A DNA stretch of 64,000 nt from Eledone cirrhosa (Eukaryota). The position numbers and the translations under genes were made by a program. The DNA is taken from positions 46,376,001 through 46,440,000 of the forward strand of contig OZ024748.1 of assembly GCA_964016885.1 (NCBI GenBank), in the 5' to 3' direction. The notes below the pieces were generated by a model, which was not told where the DNA came from, ran no database searches, and was given only the letters and a program-made list of their open reading frames with translations. This document shows, piece by piece, positions 15,505 through 31,222 of the stretch. Positions within the stretch are counted from its first letter, which is position 1, and every line of letters starts with the position of its first letter.

Positions 15505-18500
15505 CGGATCCTGTGGGGTTATTTATTAATAATACACTGCATAGAAAAATGACAGAGATGACCGGTGGTTTATATCGTGATGCTGCTTTTAATTGAAAAT
15601 CATAGTAATTGTGAAGTTAATAGGAAAAGAAAATCCATAATACAATTCTTCAATAACTACAACCTTAAATTAGAAATAGAGAATAACTATAAAATCGTTA
15701 CCTTTTTAAACGTAACATTAAACCTTAGCACAGGGCTCTATTATCCATTCCATAAAATTAATGAGAATCTAAATTATGTAAGTTTAAACTCTAATCATCC
15801 TAGATCTATCAAGAACAATATTCTCAATTGTGTCCAACAACGGATTTCACGCCTCTCCGCTAATAAAAACATTTTTGATGATAAGGCTGAATATTATAAT
15901 GAAGCTTTAAATAGAGCAGGCTATATAAATAAGATTAAATACATTGACAACAATAATAAGGCAAATCACCCTACTATTAATTGTAATAATAATAAACAAT
16001 TTAACTAACAGAAGAACTAGAAATATTATTTGGTATTCACCCCCATTCTCAGAAATCATTAAACTACCTTTATGAAAGTTATTATTTAAAGCACTAGATA
16101 AATGTTTTCCTAAATCCCACAGATACCACTCAATCTTTAACAGACATACTATCCTACTCTACTACTATGAACATAGCACAACATATAAATAGAATTAATA
16201 ATAGAAACTTAAATTTAAACCCTAACCAAAATAACCAAAATAGCAATAATAATATTTCTAGCAATATCCAAACATAATAGTACCGTTCCGAGCAACAACA
16301 ACTCCGCAAAATGTAACTGTAGAATTAAATCAAACTGTCCTTTACAAAATAAGTGTTTAGATAAAAACGTGGTCTATAAATGCACAGTTAAAACTAGTGA
16401 TAATATGTTTAACTATGTCGGTGCAAGTTCTACAGAATTTAAACTTCGCTGGAATAACCACAATTTTTCTTTCCGAAGATTTGATAAAAAATCTTCAACT
16501 TCTCTTTCAAACCTGATATGGAACTTAAAATGCAAGAATATAGACTATTCATTAGCTTGGAAAATAGTTTCATAATGCATCTGCGTACTGAAACACAGCT
16601 TTATCTAGATTCTGTAAATTGTGTATTGAGGAAATTTTTTTTATACTTAACTGTAAAAACTCTATATTGTTATACTTTGGGAGGGTCATGTTGCCAAAAA
16701 CTCTATTAATCTCAGACCGAACTTATTTAATTCTTGTAGACATCGCCAGAATTCAACATTCAGAACTATATATAACTTATAATTATACTTATAATATTCC
16801 TATTAATCTCCATAACAATCTCATCTACTTGGTTTTAATATATTGATATCTCTAAATCATAATATCTCTAACATTTGCTGTACTTCCACTTCTTAAAAAT
16901 TTTCATATAATATTTTAATAATTTTTTATTTCTTTAAAAATGTACTTATCTCTCAAAAAATTACTTTTAAACGTTTTTATAAAAATTTTCTCAAAACTTT
17001 TTCAAAACTTTTTCAAAATTAAAAAAAAGATTTTTCAATATTTTTTCAATAGATTAATAACCACTAAGTGATTCTGGCTAAATGTATCTTAAACATCCAT
17101 ACTTATTTTGACTAAATAGTCTCACACTAACGAATAAATAAATAAAATCGGAGTTTTTCCCTTATCTTCCCTTTTCAATCATATAAATATAAATATTATT
17201 ACTTAACTCAGTTAATTTAATCTAATTTAATTTTAAATCATTCTCAATTTTAAATACATATTTATTTACATAAAATACAAAACCAATATCCCTCATAACT
17301 CTCATTAGAACAACTATCTATAACATGATATACCCATTTATTTATTTATTTATTTATTTATCTACTTAAAACAGAAGAAAAACATCCCTCATAACTCATA
17401 TTATATTATAAACAAATTTTAAACAACTAATAATCGTAAAATATCCTTTTAATATAAATACACATACTATTAAAATATATACTTACATATATACATAGAT
17501 ATGTTTCTTTTATTTGCCTCCAGGGCATCAAAAGTGGGACAAGTACAATGGGGGGAGTTTACAAAACAAGGCGTCCTCAATAAGGAGGAGGCAATAACAA
17601 TATATAAAAATAAAATAAAATATAACAAAAAATAAAATTTATAACAAAGTCCTCAATAGAGAGGAGGCGCCTTGGGGGGTCGCACACACCCCCGAAAAAA
17701 GTGTGCAACCCTTCTCCTCAGGAGCACAGAGAAGGGGTGCTCCCTTGGTCTTTCATCTTCCTCACCTATAGTCTGATGTAGAGTGAAGGCCCATTCACAC
17801 GGGCCATTCTCGCCACTTTCACCCATCTTTCATAGAAACGGCTGGGGTGCAGCACCTCTCTCTCCATCCTGATCCTTCTTCCGAAATGATATCGGAAGAA
17901 ACGGACCAGTTGTTGGCCAGAGAGAAAGGTGTCTGACCTCAGTCCTTTCAGACGCGTCCACCATACAACCTCTTTCGCCATGGCTATTACGCACAGAAAC
18001 ACCGCCTCTCCTTCGTTTTTGAAGAGGGGAGGCGGCTTGATCGTTACAATAGACTCGGTGGTCAACCGGATTGGTCCCACCCTTGACAGCAGTTGTTCGA
18101 CATAACCCCACAGATCGGCAATGCCCGAGCAGTGTACCAATGCGTGTGCAACGGTTTCCTCATCGCACACGCATCTGGGACAGATCTTTTTCGATGGGTC
18201 CCTACCCGGGCGCCCGTGTCTGTAGAGCCTTTCTCGAACGGGCAGAGCCCTTCTGTAGCATTGCCAGACCAGGGACCTCTGGAAGTTATCCATGGGTCCC
18301 GGGCTTAATGTCCTACCGAACAGGTTGGCCAGTTCGTCTTCCTCCATGCCTAGGGCTTCTCCGAGGGCGTCGTCGCACCTGCTAACCACCAGCTCTCTAT
18401 AGAATGACGAGGTGGATTCTCCACTGACAGCCGGGTCCGCCTGCCAGAGAGCCGTGAGTGCCTGGGCACACTCGGTGTGCCAGGCGCCCAGTTTTCTCGG

Positions 18501-19000
18501 TCTTTGCTTGACCCAGGATTGCAGCTCGGTGAGTGAGACGAGTCTGGGAAAGGGTCGCCTCACAAACTTACATATATACATAGATAATTGTTCGAATATA
18601 TTTCCCTCAAATTAACGTTATATGAGCTTTTCATTCATCTTCGCTCTTTTTCTTCTTCTTCTCTCTCTCTCTCTCACTATTTTGTCCTTCTTCTCTCTCT
18701 CACTTTTATATATTATATATCTAAACTCTTCATAGTCGTTTAAATAAACGGTTACTTTTCAATTATTTATATATTCATTTGCATATTCACCCTTAATTTT
18801 GAAAAATCCATAATACATTTCCACTATCCAGAGAATATCCAACTGATAAGGTATGATTTTCCTTGGTATGTCTCTATTTATAAACCAAACTTTGTATTTT
18901 ATCTGAAGAAAGCGTACCAAAGTGTTTTGGTACACTTGAAATATATATAATAAAATAAATATGGTTTTATAAATATAGTTTCCATTTATTTAATATCATT
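15505..19000 (+). mobile_element. 5'-truncated decayed Penelope-like element (RT C-terminus + GIY-YIG, long AT-rich 3'UTR, family-D HHR terminus 18895-18957)
   Basis: VTFLNVTLNL..YYPFHK..YVSLNSNHP..RISRLS; CNCR..CPLQNKCL..VYKCTV..YVGASSTEFKLRWNNH; frameshifts. Confidence 0.85.
17502..18565 (-). mobile_element. Tx1/L1-clade LINE 3' fragment (C-terminal zinc finger) nested in the PLE
   Basis: W..YRRALPVRERL..CPRC..DEETVAHALVHC; aataaa near 3' end; 21-bp TSD acttacatatatacatagata at 17481-17501 and 18566-18586. Confidence 0.85.
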
Positions 19001-19008
19001 GTATATAT

Positions 19009-20208
19009 ATATGAAACAATTGTTTGGAAAGAGAGATGTATTTTAACTTTAATTATATCTCATAAAATAATACAACTGGCTTTTCCACATAATACATATT
19101 GTTAGCACCCCAAACACTTAAATTGGGTTTATATTAAAATATAACCTAATGTTTGTTGAGTGAGATGGTTACCAGTCAGAGTTTAGCTTTAAACTATCTC
19201 TGTTATTGTATTAAATATTTTACTCTTGATTGGCCAGAGGTGTTTATTTCCAGGTACCTTATAAATTTGACTTTCCGTATTTATTACTGTTGTGCGATAT
19301 TGAGGTTATTATTGGTTGGAACTTCTCAGTTTTTTAGCCTAAGAAAATATATATATGCCTATGTATATAATTACATGCATACATTTATTTTTTTAAATTA
19401 ATTGAGTTCTTTACACGAGGAATTGATATTAGTTATGAAATAACTAATTAACCCGCGCGTGTTTTATATTTTACTCTTAATTCGGCCGGAGATTTACATT
19501 CCCATTTGCCCCTTAAAGCATACATTTACGTATTTACTACGGTTACGAGATGCGGTTTCTTATTCAGGTACAACCTCTGATTTTAGCCTAAGAAAATATC
19601 TATATGCGTGTGTAATTTTTACACGCATATATTTATTTTTTTAATTTCAATTGAGTTCTTAACACGTTGGATTGATAGTGTTTTCTAAAAAAACTGATTA
19701 ACCCGCGTGTATATTATTTTTTTCCTCCTTTCGTGGATCGTAGTTGTCTCCCCTTCCCGCTTAGTGACGCTATAATACTTCCTCAGTCAAAAACTGCTGG
19801 AATTTCAAATTTAGCGGTCATTCGATGCGAGAAGGAGCAACTTAACAGACACGATTTTTAACTGCGGTAAGAATCTTTTTCTTATATCAAAATTTAATGG
19901 GCTTCCACTGATGATTTATAAGCACCCACCTAAATATATTCTTATATGAATGTATATTAGGCTTCTACATAAACTGGAAATATTCTCCCAATTTGTAGAA
20001 AACTTATAATGAAACAATTGTTTGGAAAGAGAGATGTATTTTAACTTTAATTATATCTCATAAAATAATACAGCTGGCTTTTCCACATAATACATATTGT
20101 TAGCCCCCAAACACTTAAATTGGGTTTATATTAAAATATAACCTAATGTTTGTCGAGTGAGATGGTTACCAGTCAGAGTTTAGCTTTAAACTATCTCTGT
20201 TATTGTAT

Positions 20209-20213
<5 letters not shown>
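19009..20213 (+). mobile_element. ~1-kb-unit non-coding retrozyme-like element with ~205-bp direct repeats
   Basis: 19011-19217 repeated at 20009-20213; HHR 19903-20027; no real ORF; ends in (TA)n. Confidence 0.8.
19903..20027 (+). ncRNA. Hammerhead with branched, extended stem II
   Basis: ttcca-CTGATGA-tttataag[two hairpins]cttataat-GAAA-caattg-TT-tggaa. Confidence 0.75.
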
Positions 20214-20306
<93 letters not shown>

Positions 20307-21117
20307 AACACAACTGAATGAAAAAGAGTGAATTAACATATAAATTATCCATATTCATATATATAAAAAACTCGGTAAACTGTTGAAAATATATTAAAAA
20401 TTGGGATCTATTTATAAGTGTATATATATTTATATGTATTTTGCGCGTGTGTACGTGTTATATGATATGTAATTCTCTAGCAATAAATGGATTTCTTAAT
20501 GTATAGATCCCAAATTTTTATTATATTGATCTCAATTTTTAAATGATTAACTAAACATCTTATCATATTTAAACAATGATTAATTTCTCATATTATATGT
20601 AAAAAAATAAATTAAAAAAATGACTACTGACCAGCAAGCCCACAACGGACGAAATTGGTCTGAAAATGAAATTGATCTCTTAATAAACACATGGTTTTTC
20701 TGTCACAAACATCAAACATTAACGCGTCATGTCTGAATGAAATTGCTGAAAAAACAGCCCAAACATTTACGACGAGATCTGCTAAGCAGATACACAACAA
20801 ACTAACACATGTAGAAGTCTCTTTCACAAAGACATGATTACAACAACAAAAACAACAAAAGTAATGATTACAACAGCAACAAATACAACAACAACAAAAA
20901 TAACGCTGCTCCAGTCTTTTCACAAAGACACAATTACAACAAATACAACAACAACAACAACAACAACAAAAGAGGGAACTGCAACCCTATCCAATGTTGT
21001 AATTACAAATCCAATCAAAAACTGCTCCCTGAACAAGAAAAAAAATCTTTCTTTTTTAGCCATGAACCTGGCAAAAGAGATAGAGAAAAACATTTTAGCC
21101 ATTACTCAACACCAACC

Positions 21118-22994
21118 TTGCTGTCACAAAACAAGCCCCTGCAACAGTCAAAACCAGCCACCACACTAGCCTCCACATTCTTACTCAATACACAAGGTAA
21201 CAGTCCATCCATCAATGCACAGAAATGGAAGATCCAATTCATTGAAGATTGGGTTGGTAACCATCCATTTCACATCCCCTTCTTTATTCTTACTGAGACC
21301 CACCTTGACAACTCCCACTTGGAGGCCGAAGTAAGAGTGAGAAATTTTACAACCATCCGTACGGATCGTGTTGGCAGAAGGAAGGGTGGAACTTCCATTT
21401 TCCTGCATGATTCCTTTACGGCAGATGGCAACGCAACATTCTCTATTGGATACTGTGAATCAGTCACTGTGCACAATAAAGCCAATGACCTGACATTAGT
21501 TGGGCTCTATAGGCCACCACAAACACCCATAATCTGTTTCAAAGAATGCCTCAACAGCATTAAATGCTTTATTAAACAGTGCCAGTCTAGCAACATACTT
21601 TTGATGGGAGACTTTAATCTACCCTGTGCCGATTGGTCTACATGTAGTTTGAAACCAGGCTCCACAGCCTCAACCACTGACAAAGAGGCTGTCGAATCAC
21701 TTCTTGATTTCATAAATGAGTTTTTCTTGTCCCAACTTGTCCTTGCACCAACGAGGCATCAGAAGAACATTCTGGATCTAGTGTTTAGTAACCACACTAA
21801 CACTATACATAATATTACAGTGGAAAAAACCCTTCTCTCAGACCATGACATGGTTCTTTGTAACCTGAGATTCCACCAGCCCAAATCTAATCCCAGGGTC
21901 CTCTCTCCAGCCCACCCATTTGATAACATGGATCTCTACAATGCCAACTGGGATGCAATTATGAAAGAACTATCGCATGTCGACTGGTCTTTTACACACG
22001 CAAACACTTCTACCAACATCAAAACATCTTGGCAGATCTTTGTAGACACTGTCACAAATATATGTACAAAACACACCCCACCAAAACCTGTGAACACAAC
22101 CAAGTGCAGTATCCCCCAAAACAGAAAAACAATTATCAGAAAAATAAAAAGAACAAACAAAAAATTTAACATACTAAAATACTGCCAACAGCAACACACA
22201 CATTCAATGGCTATCACCCTGCTTGAGTCAAAAAAATATAACCTGCAGCAATGCATGATGACCATCATCAATAACCAGAGAATAGCTGAAGAGAGGTGGG
22301 CCATTGAGAAAATCAAACTCAAACCCAAAGTGTTCTTCTCATTCGCTAAAAAACACAAGGTCACCGTCTCCACTGTTGGCCCCCTAGTTGATGAAAATGG
22401 CACACTCCAGGACAATGCCAAAACCATGGGCGAGATACTGCAGAAACAATACTGCTCTGTTTTCAGCAACCCTGATATGGCCGATCTGGGCCGTATCAGT
22501 GATATTAACCCCCAACACACTATATCAGACATAACGTTTGGCGCCCCTGATGTCTTAGCGGCAATACACGAAATTAAACACAATTCAGCAGTAGGCCCCG
22601 ACAGGTTCCCTGCTTGTGTCTTGAAGGTGTGTCGACACCAACTTGCAACTCCTCTTGCTAATCTGTGGAGGAACTCACTGGACACTGGCTATATTTCTGA
22701 AAACTTTCTGTCCCAGTCCGTTGTCCCAGTCTTCAAAAATAAGTCCCATGCAGTGAACTACCGTCCGATCTCACTCACCTCTCATATTATCAAGGTATTT
22801 TAGAGGGTGGTGAGATCACGAATAACCCACTTTCTTGAAAGCAACGGCCTGCTGAACTCCAACCAACATGGGTTCTGTAATGGAAGGGACTGCCTAACGC
22901 AGCTCCTGCATCACTTTGACGATGTTTTGAGAGCCTTGGGAGAGGGCTCCAACACAGATGTCATCTACCTTGATTTCAGCAAGGCCTTCGACAA
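21118..22994 (+). pseudogene. CR1/L2-group LINE ORF2 (APE endonuclease + N-terminal RT), stop at 22801, 3'-truncated
   Basis: LTETHL, RTDR..GG, LYRPP, MGDFN, LDLVF, SDH; GPD, YRPISLTS, QHGF, YLDFSKAFD. Confidence 0.9.
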
Positions 22995-23276
<282 letters not shown>

Positions 23277-23344
23277 GTATAATATATGCAATAAATTAAA
23301 TTCAATAAATTAAATTTTCCAGTCCGGCCTTCTGTTGTTATCAG

Positions 23345-23410
<66 letters not shown>

Positions 23411-23468
23411 TACACACATACACACACACACATATATATATACACACAGACATATAAATATATATACA

Positions 23469-23540
<72 letters not shown>

Positions 23541-23547
<7 letters not shown>

Positions 23548-23757
23548 AAAAAGGGATGAAATCGAAAATGCAACTGAAGTCTTATTTTTTTTTAAAATAT
23601 ATATATTTATTTGGTTCCTTTACCGGTTTCGCAGTTCTTTTTTAAAAAAATAAGACTTCAGTTGCATTTTCGATTTCATCCCTTTTTCTTTATACTTCCA
23701 CTCGTGTAGGACACCTCGGTTATTTTTCATTTTGTAAAAATACACCTCACTTTCTAA
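23541..23757. mobile_element. Family I element, fold-back copy (others 52068-52280, 54656-54942, 56164-56378)
   Basis: aaagaaaaagggatgaaatcgaaaatgcaactgaagtctt and its reverse complement. Confidence 0.8.
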
Positions 23758-23875
23758 TATATATATATATATATTAAAATACAAATATTAATAAAATAGA
23801 TGTTCTTTTGATCAATTAAATTTTTAATTGTTTCACTCTTTAATATATATATATATATATATATTAAAGAGTGAA

Positions 23876-23908
<33 letters not shown>

Positions 23909-24532
23909 TATACACACAGAATGTACCCTCAAAATATATACACTTTGATTACCTCTACAGGCAATATTTATTAGAATGCTGTTGAAATGTGCATATATTT
24001 TTGGGGGCCAACCTGTGTATATATGAGGGCAGGGGAACACGTGTGTATGTGCACGTGTATGTGTAAGTGTGTATATTTGTGCATGTGTGTGTAACATAAT
24101 CTATCCCTATTGTGGTAAGACTAACAACCGCCAGGCAGTCTCTCTGCTTATGGGAAGTAGAGAGGTAGGTAGGTGGATAGGTAGATAGGTAGGTAGGGAG
24201 GTAGAGAGGTAGATACATAGGTAGTTATTTAGATAGGTAGGTGGATTGGCAGGTAGGTAGGTTGGTAGGTAGGTAGGTAGGTAGGTAGGTAGGTAGGTAG
24301 GTAGGTAGGTAGGTAGGTAGGTAGGATGGAATTCTTAAATCAACGTAAGAATTTCATTAGATTTCATAATAGAAGAAAGAAGATTTATAATTTAAACAAC
24401 TACCTTTCTGTTGTAGATTAATAGATATAACGATAGATATATTGAACTGACAGTGTGTAAGCCGCAGCATGTTACAACACCGTTCGTAGATTACGATGGC
24501 ATAAAGGTGAAAGACACACAGACCTTATATAT

Positions 24533-24579
<47 letters not shown>

Positions 24580-24594
24580 TATGTCTATCTATCT

Positions 24595-25345
24595 AGGGCG
24601 AGTAAAATTCCCGAGATCCATTGACGAATTCTCTCCAGTGGTTTCTGTCGATATCCCATCAATATATGTTAACCTCATTCTCTCTCTTCTAGTATGTCCG
24701 TGTAGGACCTCCAACAGGGGCACTGAGTGCAGTGTTAACTCTGAATGTCGGTGAGCATGTCCAGCTAACCTCAATCTCCTCTGTGCTACTTTCGAGCTTA
24801 CTTTTGGGAGGTTCCCGAACAGCTCTGAGTTCTTCGTCCTCATTCTAAACTGATTAATGTTCAGAGCCAACCTCGGCATTCTCGTGTAGCCCCCACCCTC
24901 TATCTGGGTGAGTTTCTTGGTCAGTGTCCAAGTCTCAGACTCGTTCAGTAGCACAGACTCAACTACAGCAATGAAGAGACGGATCTTCGGGTCTTTACGA
25001 AGGTTTGACTTTCACACCCATCTCAAACTGTGGAACACCGCGCAGGCTTTGCTCTTCCTCTCAACCACATCATCCTCTGTGTTCCCAATCTTTGCTCCCA
25101 GATACAGGAAGTCCCGAACCAACTCTACTGGCTTCCTGCCTACATTCATAATCTTCTCTGGCTCTTAATATTCTCTACCAGATACTTCGTCTTAATCTCA
25201 TTCATTCTCAGCTTCACACCCATCGACACAGCCCCACCTCTGCATTAACTCCTCTGCTTCCTTCACTGTGTTTGTCACCAGAACTATGTCGTCAGCAAAT
25301 TCAGCATCTGATATCTTTTTAGCCTTAACTCTCCTGGATATGCGT
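24595..25345 (-). pseudogene. RTE-clade LINE RT/C-terminal fragment (related 3' end at 43745-43888)
   Basis: EFADDIVLV; SETWTLTK; QRRLRLAGH..RH; RLTYID. Confidence 0.8.
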
Positions 25346-25575
25346 TGAAATGTCCATGAACTCCAGCAGACAACTGAAGAAGGGATTGGCCCCGTTTGTG
25401 CTTTCCTTTTATTTTTAAGTACACTTGGAATCACAAGCTATTCATATACGTAACCATTAAACTAGATGTAAAACTTTACCCAGAATTGGAAAAGGAGACT
25501 TTATCAAGTAAACCCACAGCTCCCTGTTTCTTCTCTCTCTCTCTCCCTCCCTCTCTCTCTCGCTCTCTCTCTCTC

Positions 25576-25612
<37 letters not shown>

Positions 25613-25987
25613 TATATATATATATTTGAGAGAGAGAGAGAGAGAGGGATATACATATATAATAGGACGAAACATTGTCGGCTAATAAAAACTTTTGATG
25701 TATTAAAGGATTCTTTGTTTTACTCTCTTAATTTTTCGGCTCTGTTTAACTGCATTGAGCTATACCTTTTACTGTCATTTCTATAATACGAAGAGGGTGT
25801 TTGACTCAAACACGCTCCAGTATTCTAATCCTTATATATATATATATTTATAGGTTGCTGATGATTTCTTTCGAATGAAACAGTTCTAGTCCGTAGAAGC
25901 CTTTCCATATTAAATATTTGTACTCTGCTTTGTATTGAGTACCTTACTTACTGTGGTTACCCCCGATTGCATTGCACCCGGGGTAAA

Positions 25988-26042
<55 letters not shown>

Positions 26043-26161
26043 GTGAAAACGAGTGTTAACTAGTGTGGTGTAATATATTATCACCAGGTTTAGATAGAAT
26101 CATTCGTTCATTCACTATTTCCCTCTTTCCTCCACTTTCAAAATTTCCTCTGTTTGTCTGC

Positions 26162-26223
<62 letters not shown>

Positions 26224-26439
26224 GTCTACCCCCCTCTCTCCCCCTCTCTCTCTCTCTCCCTCTTTACTGGGAGGCTTCACTGTTTCAATGACGAAACCCG
26301 AGTGTGTCGAAGTGGATCTGGGACAGAAGTGACTATGAATGAATTAGCTGTTGCATCCCCCCCACCCACGCATATGTACATACACACACCCACACATACA
26401 CGCATACCAACAGTTACCAAGACACACACACGTATATCA

Positions 26440-26485
<46 letters not shown>

Positions 26486-26581
26486 ATGCGCACAGTCACA
26501 CACGCTCAGGTATATATATATATATGTTTATAAAAATATGTGTATATATTTATGTATATATATATTTTTATAAAAATATAA

Positions 26582-26639
<58 letters not shown>

Positions 26640-26995
26640 CTGTAAGTATATTCATAAATAAACATTCATAAACATGTTTATGGGAGGGGCTATTTCCCGG
26701 TGTTACAAATGATGCATGAATAGAAAATATTTTAACTTCGCCGGTTTTCACTTATCATACGGTATTATATATACTTTCACTATCTCTCTCTCTCACAAAC
26801 AATACAAGCACACACACACACACAGACAACCCCCCCCCACACATATATATATATATTTTTTTTAAATCCAGTATTAGCCGTCGAAACGGCGTGAGCTCAG
26901 CCGTCGGGGTCCTACTTGTTCCTATTACCCACTCTACTACCCTAAGTATTGAATACTTTGGTGCGTTATGGTCCACCTGGTTCCTTACCACATTT

Positions 26996-27030
<35 letters not shown>

Positions 27031-27035
<5 letters not shown>

Positions 27036-27158
27036 CTCGCACCAACCGGAGGTATATGGTCTTTAAAGCGATGAAATACCAATGATGGTTGGAAGATCAC
27101 TGATGAAGGACTAACTTTATTCATATGTAACCCATTAGCAACCCCGCAGCACGTTTAT

Positions 27159-27162
<4 letters not shown>
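27031..27162 (+). repeat. Dispersed repeat family M (also 29290-29480, 55668-55975)
   Basis: tcgcaccaacccgag..gcgatgaaat..tcactgatgaaggact conserved in three copies. Confidence 0.7.
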
Positions 27163-27257
<95 letters not shown>

Positions 27258-27407
27258 CATACATATATACATATATATATATAAATACATACATATATTT
27301 GAAATCGAGTGGCACTGTTTCTAGTGTTCAGCAATTTTTAGACAACTTTTTTTGTACTGTTGACCATGTTATTCTTCACTTTTTCAATTACACATATATA
27401 TATATAC

Positions 27408-27514
<107 letters not shown>

Positions 27515-27587
27515 GTTGAATAAATGGACAGAGAACAAAAAACAGAGAGGTAGTACAAATGGTATGGTTTTTAGTTTCACGCTTGAA

Positions 27588-27628
<41 letters not shown>

Positions 27629-27640
27629 ATGCATATATGT

Positions 27641-27715
<75 letters not shown>

Positions 27716-27717
<2 letters not shown>

Positions 27718-30291
27718 AGAGAGATATAATTGGACACCTCTTTCCCTACTCAACATAAATACCATTCCATTTTTAATAGACATACCATTAAATTCTCATA
27801 TTCGACAACAAATAACATGGCCCAAAACATTGCCAAATTAAACACTAAAATCCTAAAGCAAAACCACCAAAATGATCTTAATAATAGAGTTAACATAAAT
27901 GATACTAAACCAAAATGTAATTGTAGAAATAAAACTGATTGCCCTTTGCAAAGTAATTGTCTAGATAGTAACTTGGTTTATGAATGCACCGTAAAAACTG
28001 ATCACATCACATACAACTACAGAGGATTGACGTCTTCTACATTTAAAGCCAGATTTGCGAACCATAAATGCTCTTTCTCGAGCTCCAAGAGGAAATCATC
28101 CACGTGGTTATCACAGCTCATATGGTCATTAAAAGAGAGGAATTTAAAATACTCCATTCTTTGGACTAAACTTCGGAACTGTGGAGTTTACCGCAACTCC
28201 AGTATATCAAATAACTGCGCACTCTGTGAAATGGAGACCCTATTGATTATTAACAACTATGAAACCCTAATTAACAAAAAAAGTGAATTATTCTCTAGTT
28301 GCCTCCACAAAGCTACGTCCACATTCTTAGCCTCCCACAAAACGAGAAAAAAAAAAAGAAAGAAACACTTAACCATTAAACACTTGTTTGTCAGAGGTAT
28401 ATAATCAACAGGGAAAAACAGTAATGGCCTTTAATATTGCATTATCTTATAATCTATCTATAGAAGAAATAACGCTTGAATGAAAAACACTTGTTCAATA
28501 ACATGCCGGAACATTGATATACATAACATAATATTATAATTATTAATTTTGATCCATACCATTATTTCTTTATTTCTCTATCTTTATCTTCCTATCTAAG
28601 GTTTAAATTTTAGTTTAATATCCAATCCATACATTTTTATGGAACTTATTTCTAACTGTGAATTTTTCATGTGTTTTTGATTATTATTTATTTCGAACTA
28701 CGAATAATTAATGCATTTACACCCTGTTATATTGGTATATATTTAACTTTGCATGCCTCAATCTATTATAAATTTTTTTCGTTATCATTTACCTAAAATA
28801 TATTGGCTCATTAATAAATATTTATATGCATAATCGTTAATTAAATATTTCTAACAATAAGTACTTCATAAGATTTACATACCATAAGTTGACAATTGAT
28901 TCTTCGGTAAAGTTTATATTTAGGAAAATATTCAACAGTGTAAACTTTCCTTGCTTTTCTTATGTATATATATTTAACTATAACACGTTTCGAACCTTAT
29001 TATATAAAATTATAACCGTTATCATTTACCTAAAGTATACTGTATCTATAATACCTAATTTATATCAATAATACCTAATTTATATCCATATAAACCTCCA
29101 TGTATCATTCTATACATAATTTTTAGTTAACTTTATTGATTATCATTTATTTTGAACATCAATGCATTTACACCCTTTTATATATACGTATATATTTAAC
29201 TTTAGCATGCCTAAATATATTATTTTATTTTTATTTTCGTTATCATTTACCTAAAATATACAGGCTCATTAATATATATATATATATATTAATGAGCCTA
29301 CCCTGGCGTCCCCTTTGTTTACGTGTCCCAACGACTTTTTTTAGCCGTTGTTCGCACCAACCCGAGACATATGGCCCTTAAAGCGATGAAATGCCTGGGA
29401 CGGTTGGAGGGTCACTGATGAAGGACTTACTTTTTCATATGCCCCACCATTTGCAACGCGCAGCCATCATTATTATCATATTTACACATATATATATATA
29501 TGTATATATATACATACTAGTTATATAAATATTTCTAACAATAAATACTTCATGATTTACATACTATATATGTTGACAATGAATATCTCCGGTAAAACTT
29601 ACATTTAGAAAAATATTCGACAGTGTAAACTTTCCTTTCCGCTGGCCAGCTAAATCCTTTAAAAATTATCCTCATAAAATTCCGAAGTTTAGAATGTTAA
29701 AACACTTATTGAATTTACAAAACTAATAAATAACCTGCAATTTCTTTTTTTTTTTTTTAAACCTAAAATCTTGAATCTTCACCCTAAAATAGCATAAATT
29801 AAATATTTTCAAACTTAACCGTTAAACTTTCGGAAAATCTCCTTCTACATATATTCCATCTCTATATATATATTATCTCAGCGGCTCTCATTGAACGCTT
29901 TCCCTGATAAATTGTAGTATCACACATTTTAAAATCTCTATAACTGTTACATTAAGCAACGTTTTTCTTACTCACGCATTATCTATTGAATTTATTACGT
30001 TTTAGCATTTTCTCATTATTAGGGTATAAATGTTAAACTTTCTCTTAGGTTAATCACTACCTTGATTAAATCTTAACCATTTCACATCTCAGGGTATGTC
30101 ATGTATTATTATATTTTGTCTGATGAGGACGTACTGTTGTACCTCTGAAATATGTATAATAAAATGTAATTGATCAAAAGAACATCTATTTTATTAATAA
30201 TAACTCTGGAAAATTATTTTCCATAGAGTGCTTCCAATCTACTGTAAAACTCATTCTTTGATATACTCATTGAATATTGTTTAACTCTTTA

Positions 30292-30294
<3 letters not shown>
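27716..30294 (+). mobile_element. 5'-truncated Penelope-like element: GIY-YIG region (27730-28404), AT-rich UTR, family-B HHR terminus (30114-30164) and hairpin (30203-30232)
   Basis: IFNRHTIKFSYS..CNCRNKTDCPLQSNCL..VYECTV..YRGLT..FKARFANHK..LINKKSE. Confidence 0.85.
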
Positions 30295-30379
<85 letters not shown>

Positions 30380-30440
30380 CGGATCGTCAGTCTGAAGAGA
30401 AGATCAATAATTGAACGGCCCTATATATAAATATTTTATA

Positions 30441-31080
<640 letters not shown>

Positions 31081-31168
31081 AAAGATAGCAAGAAGAAGAT
31101 AGATTGAAGGAATAGGTGGGACAGAATTTGAAAAAGAATGTCTTTAGATAAAAATAACATGTTCATTC

Positions 31169-31222
<54 letters not shown>

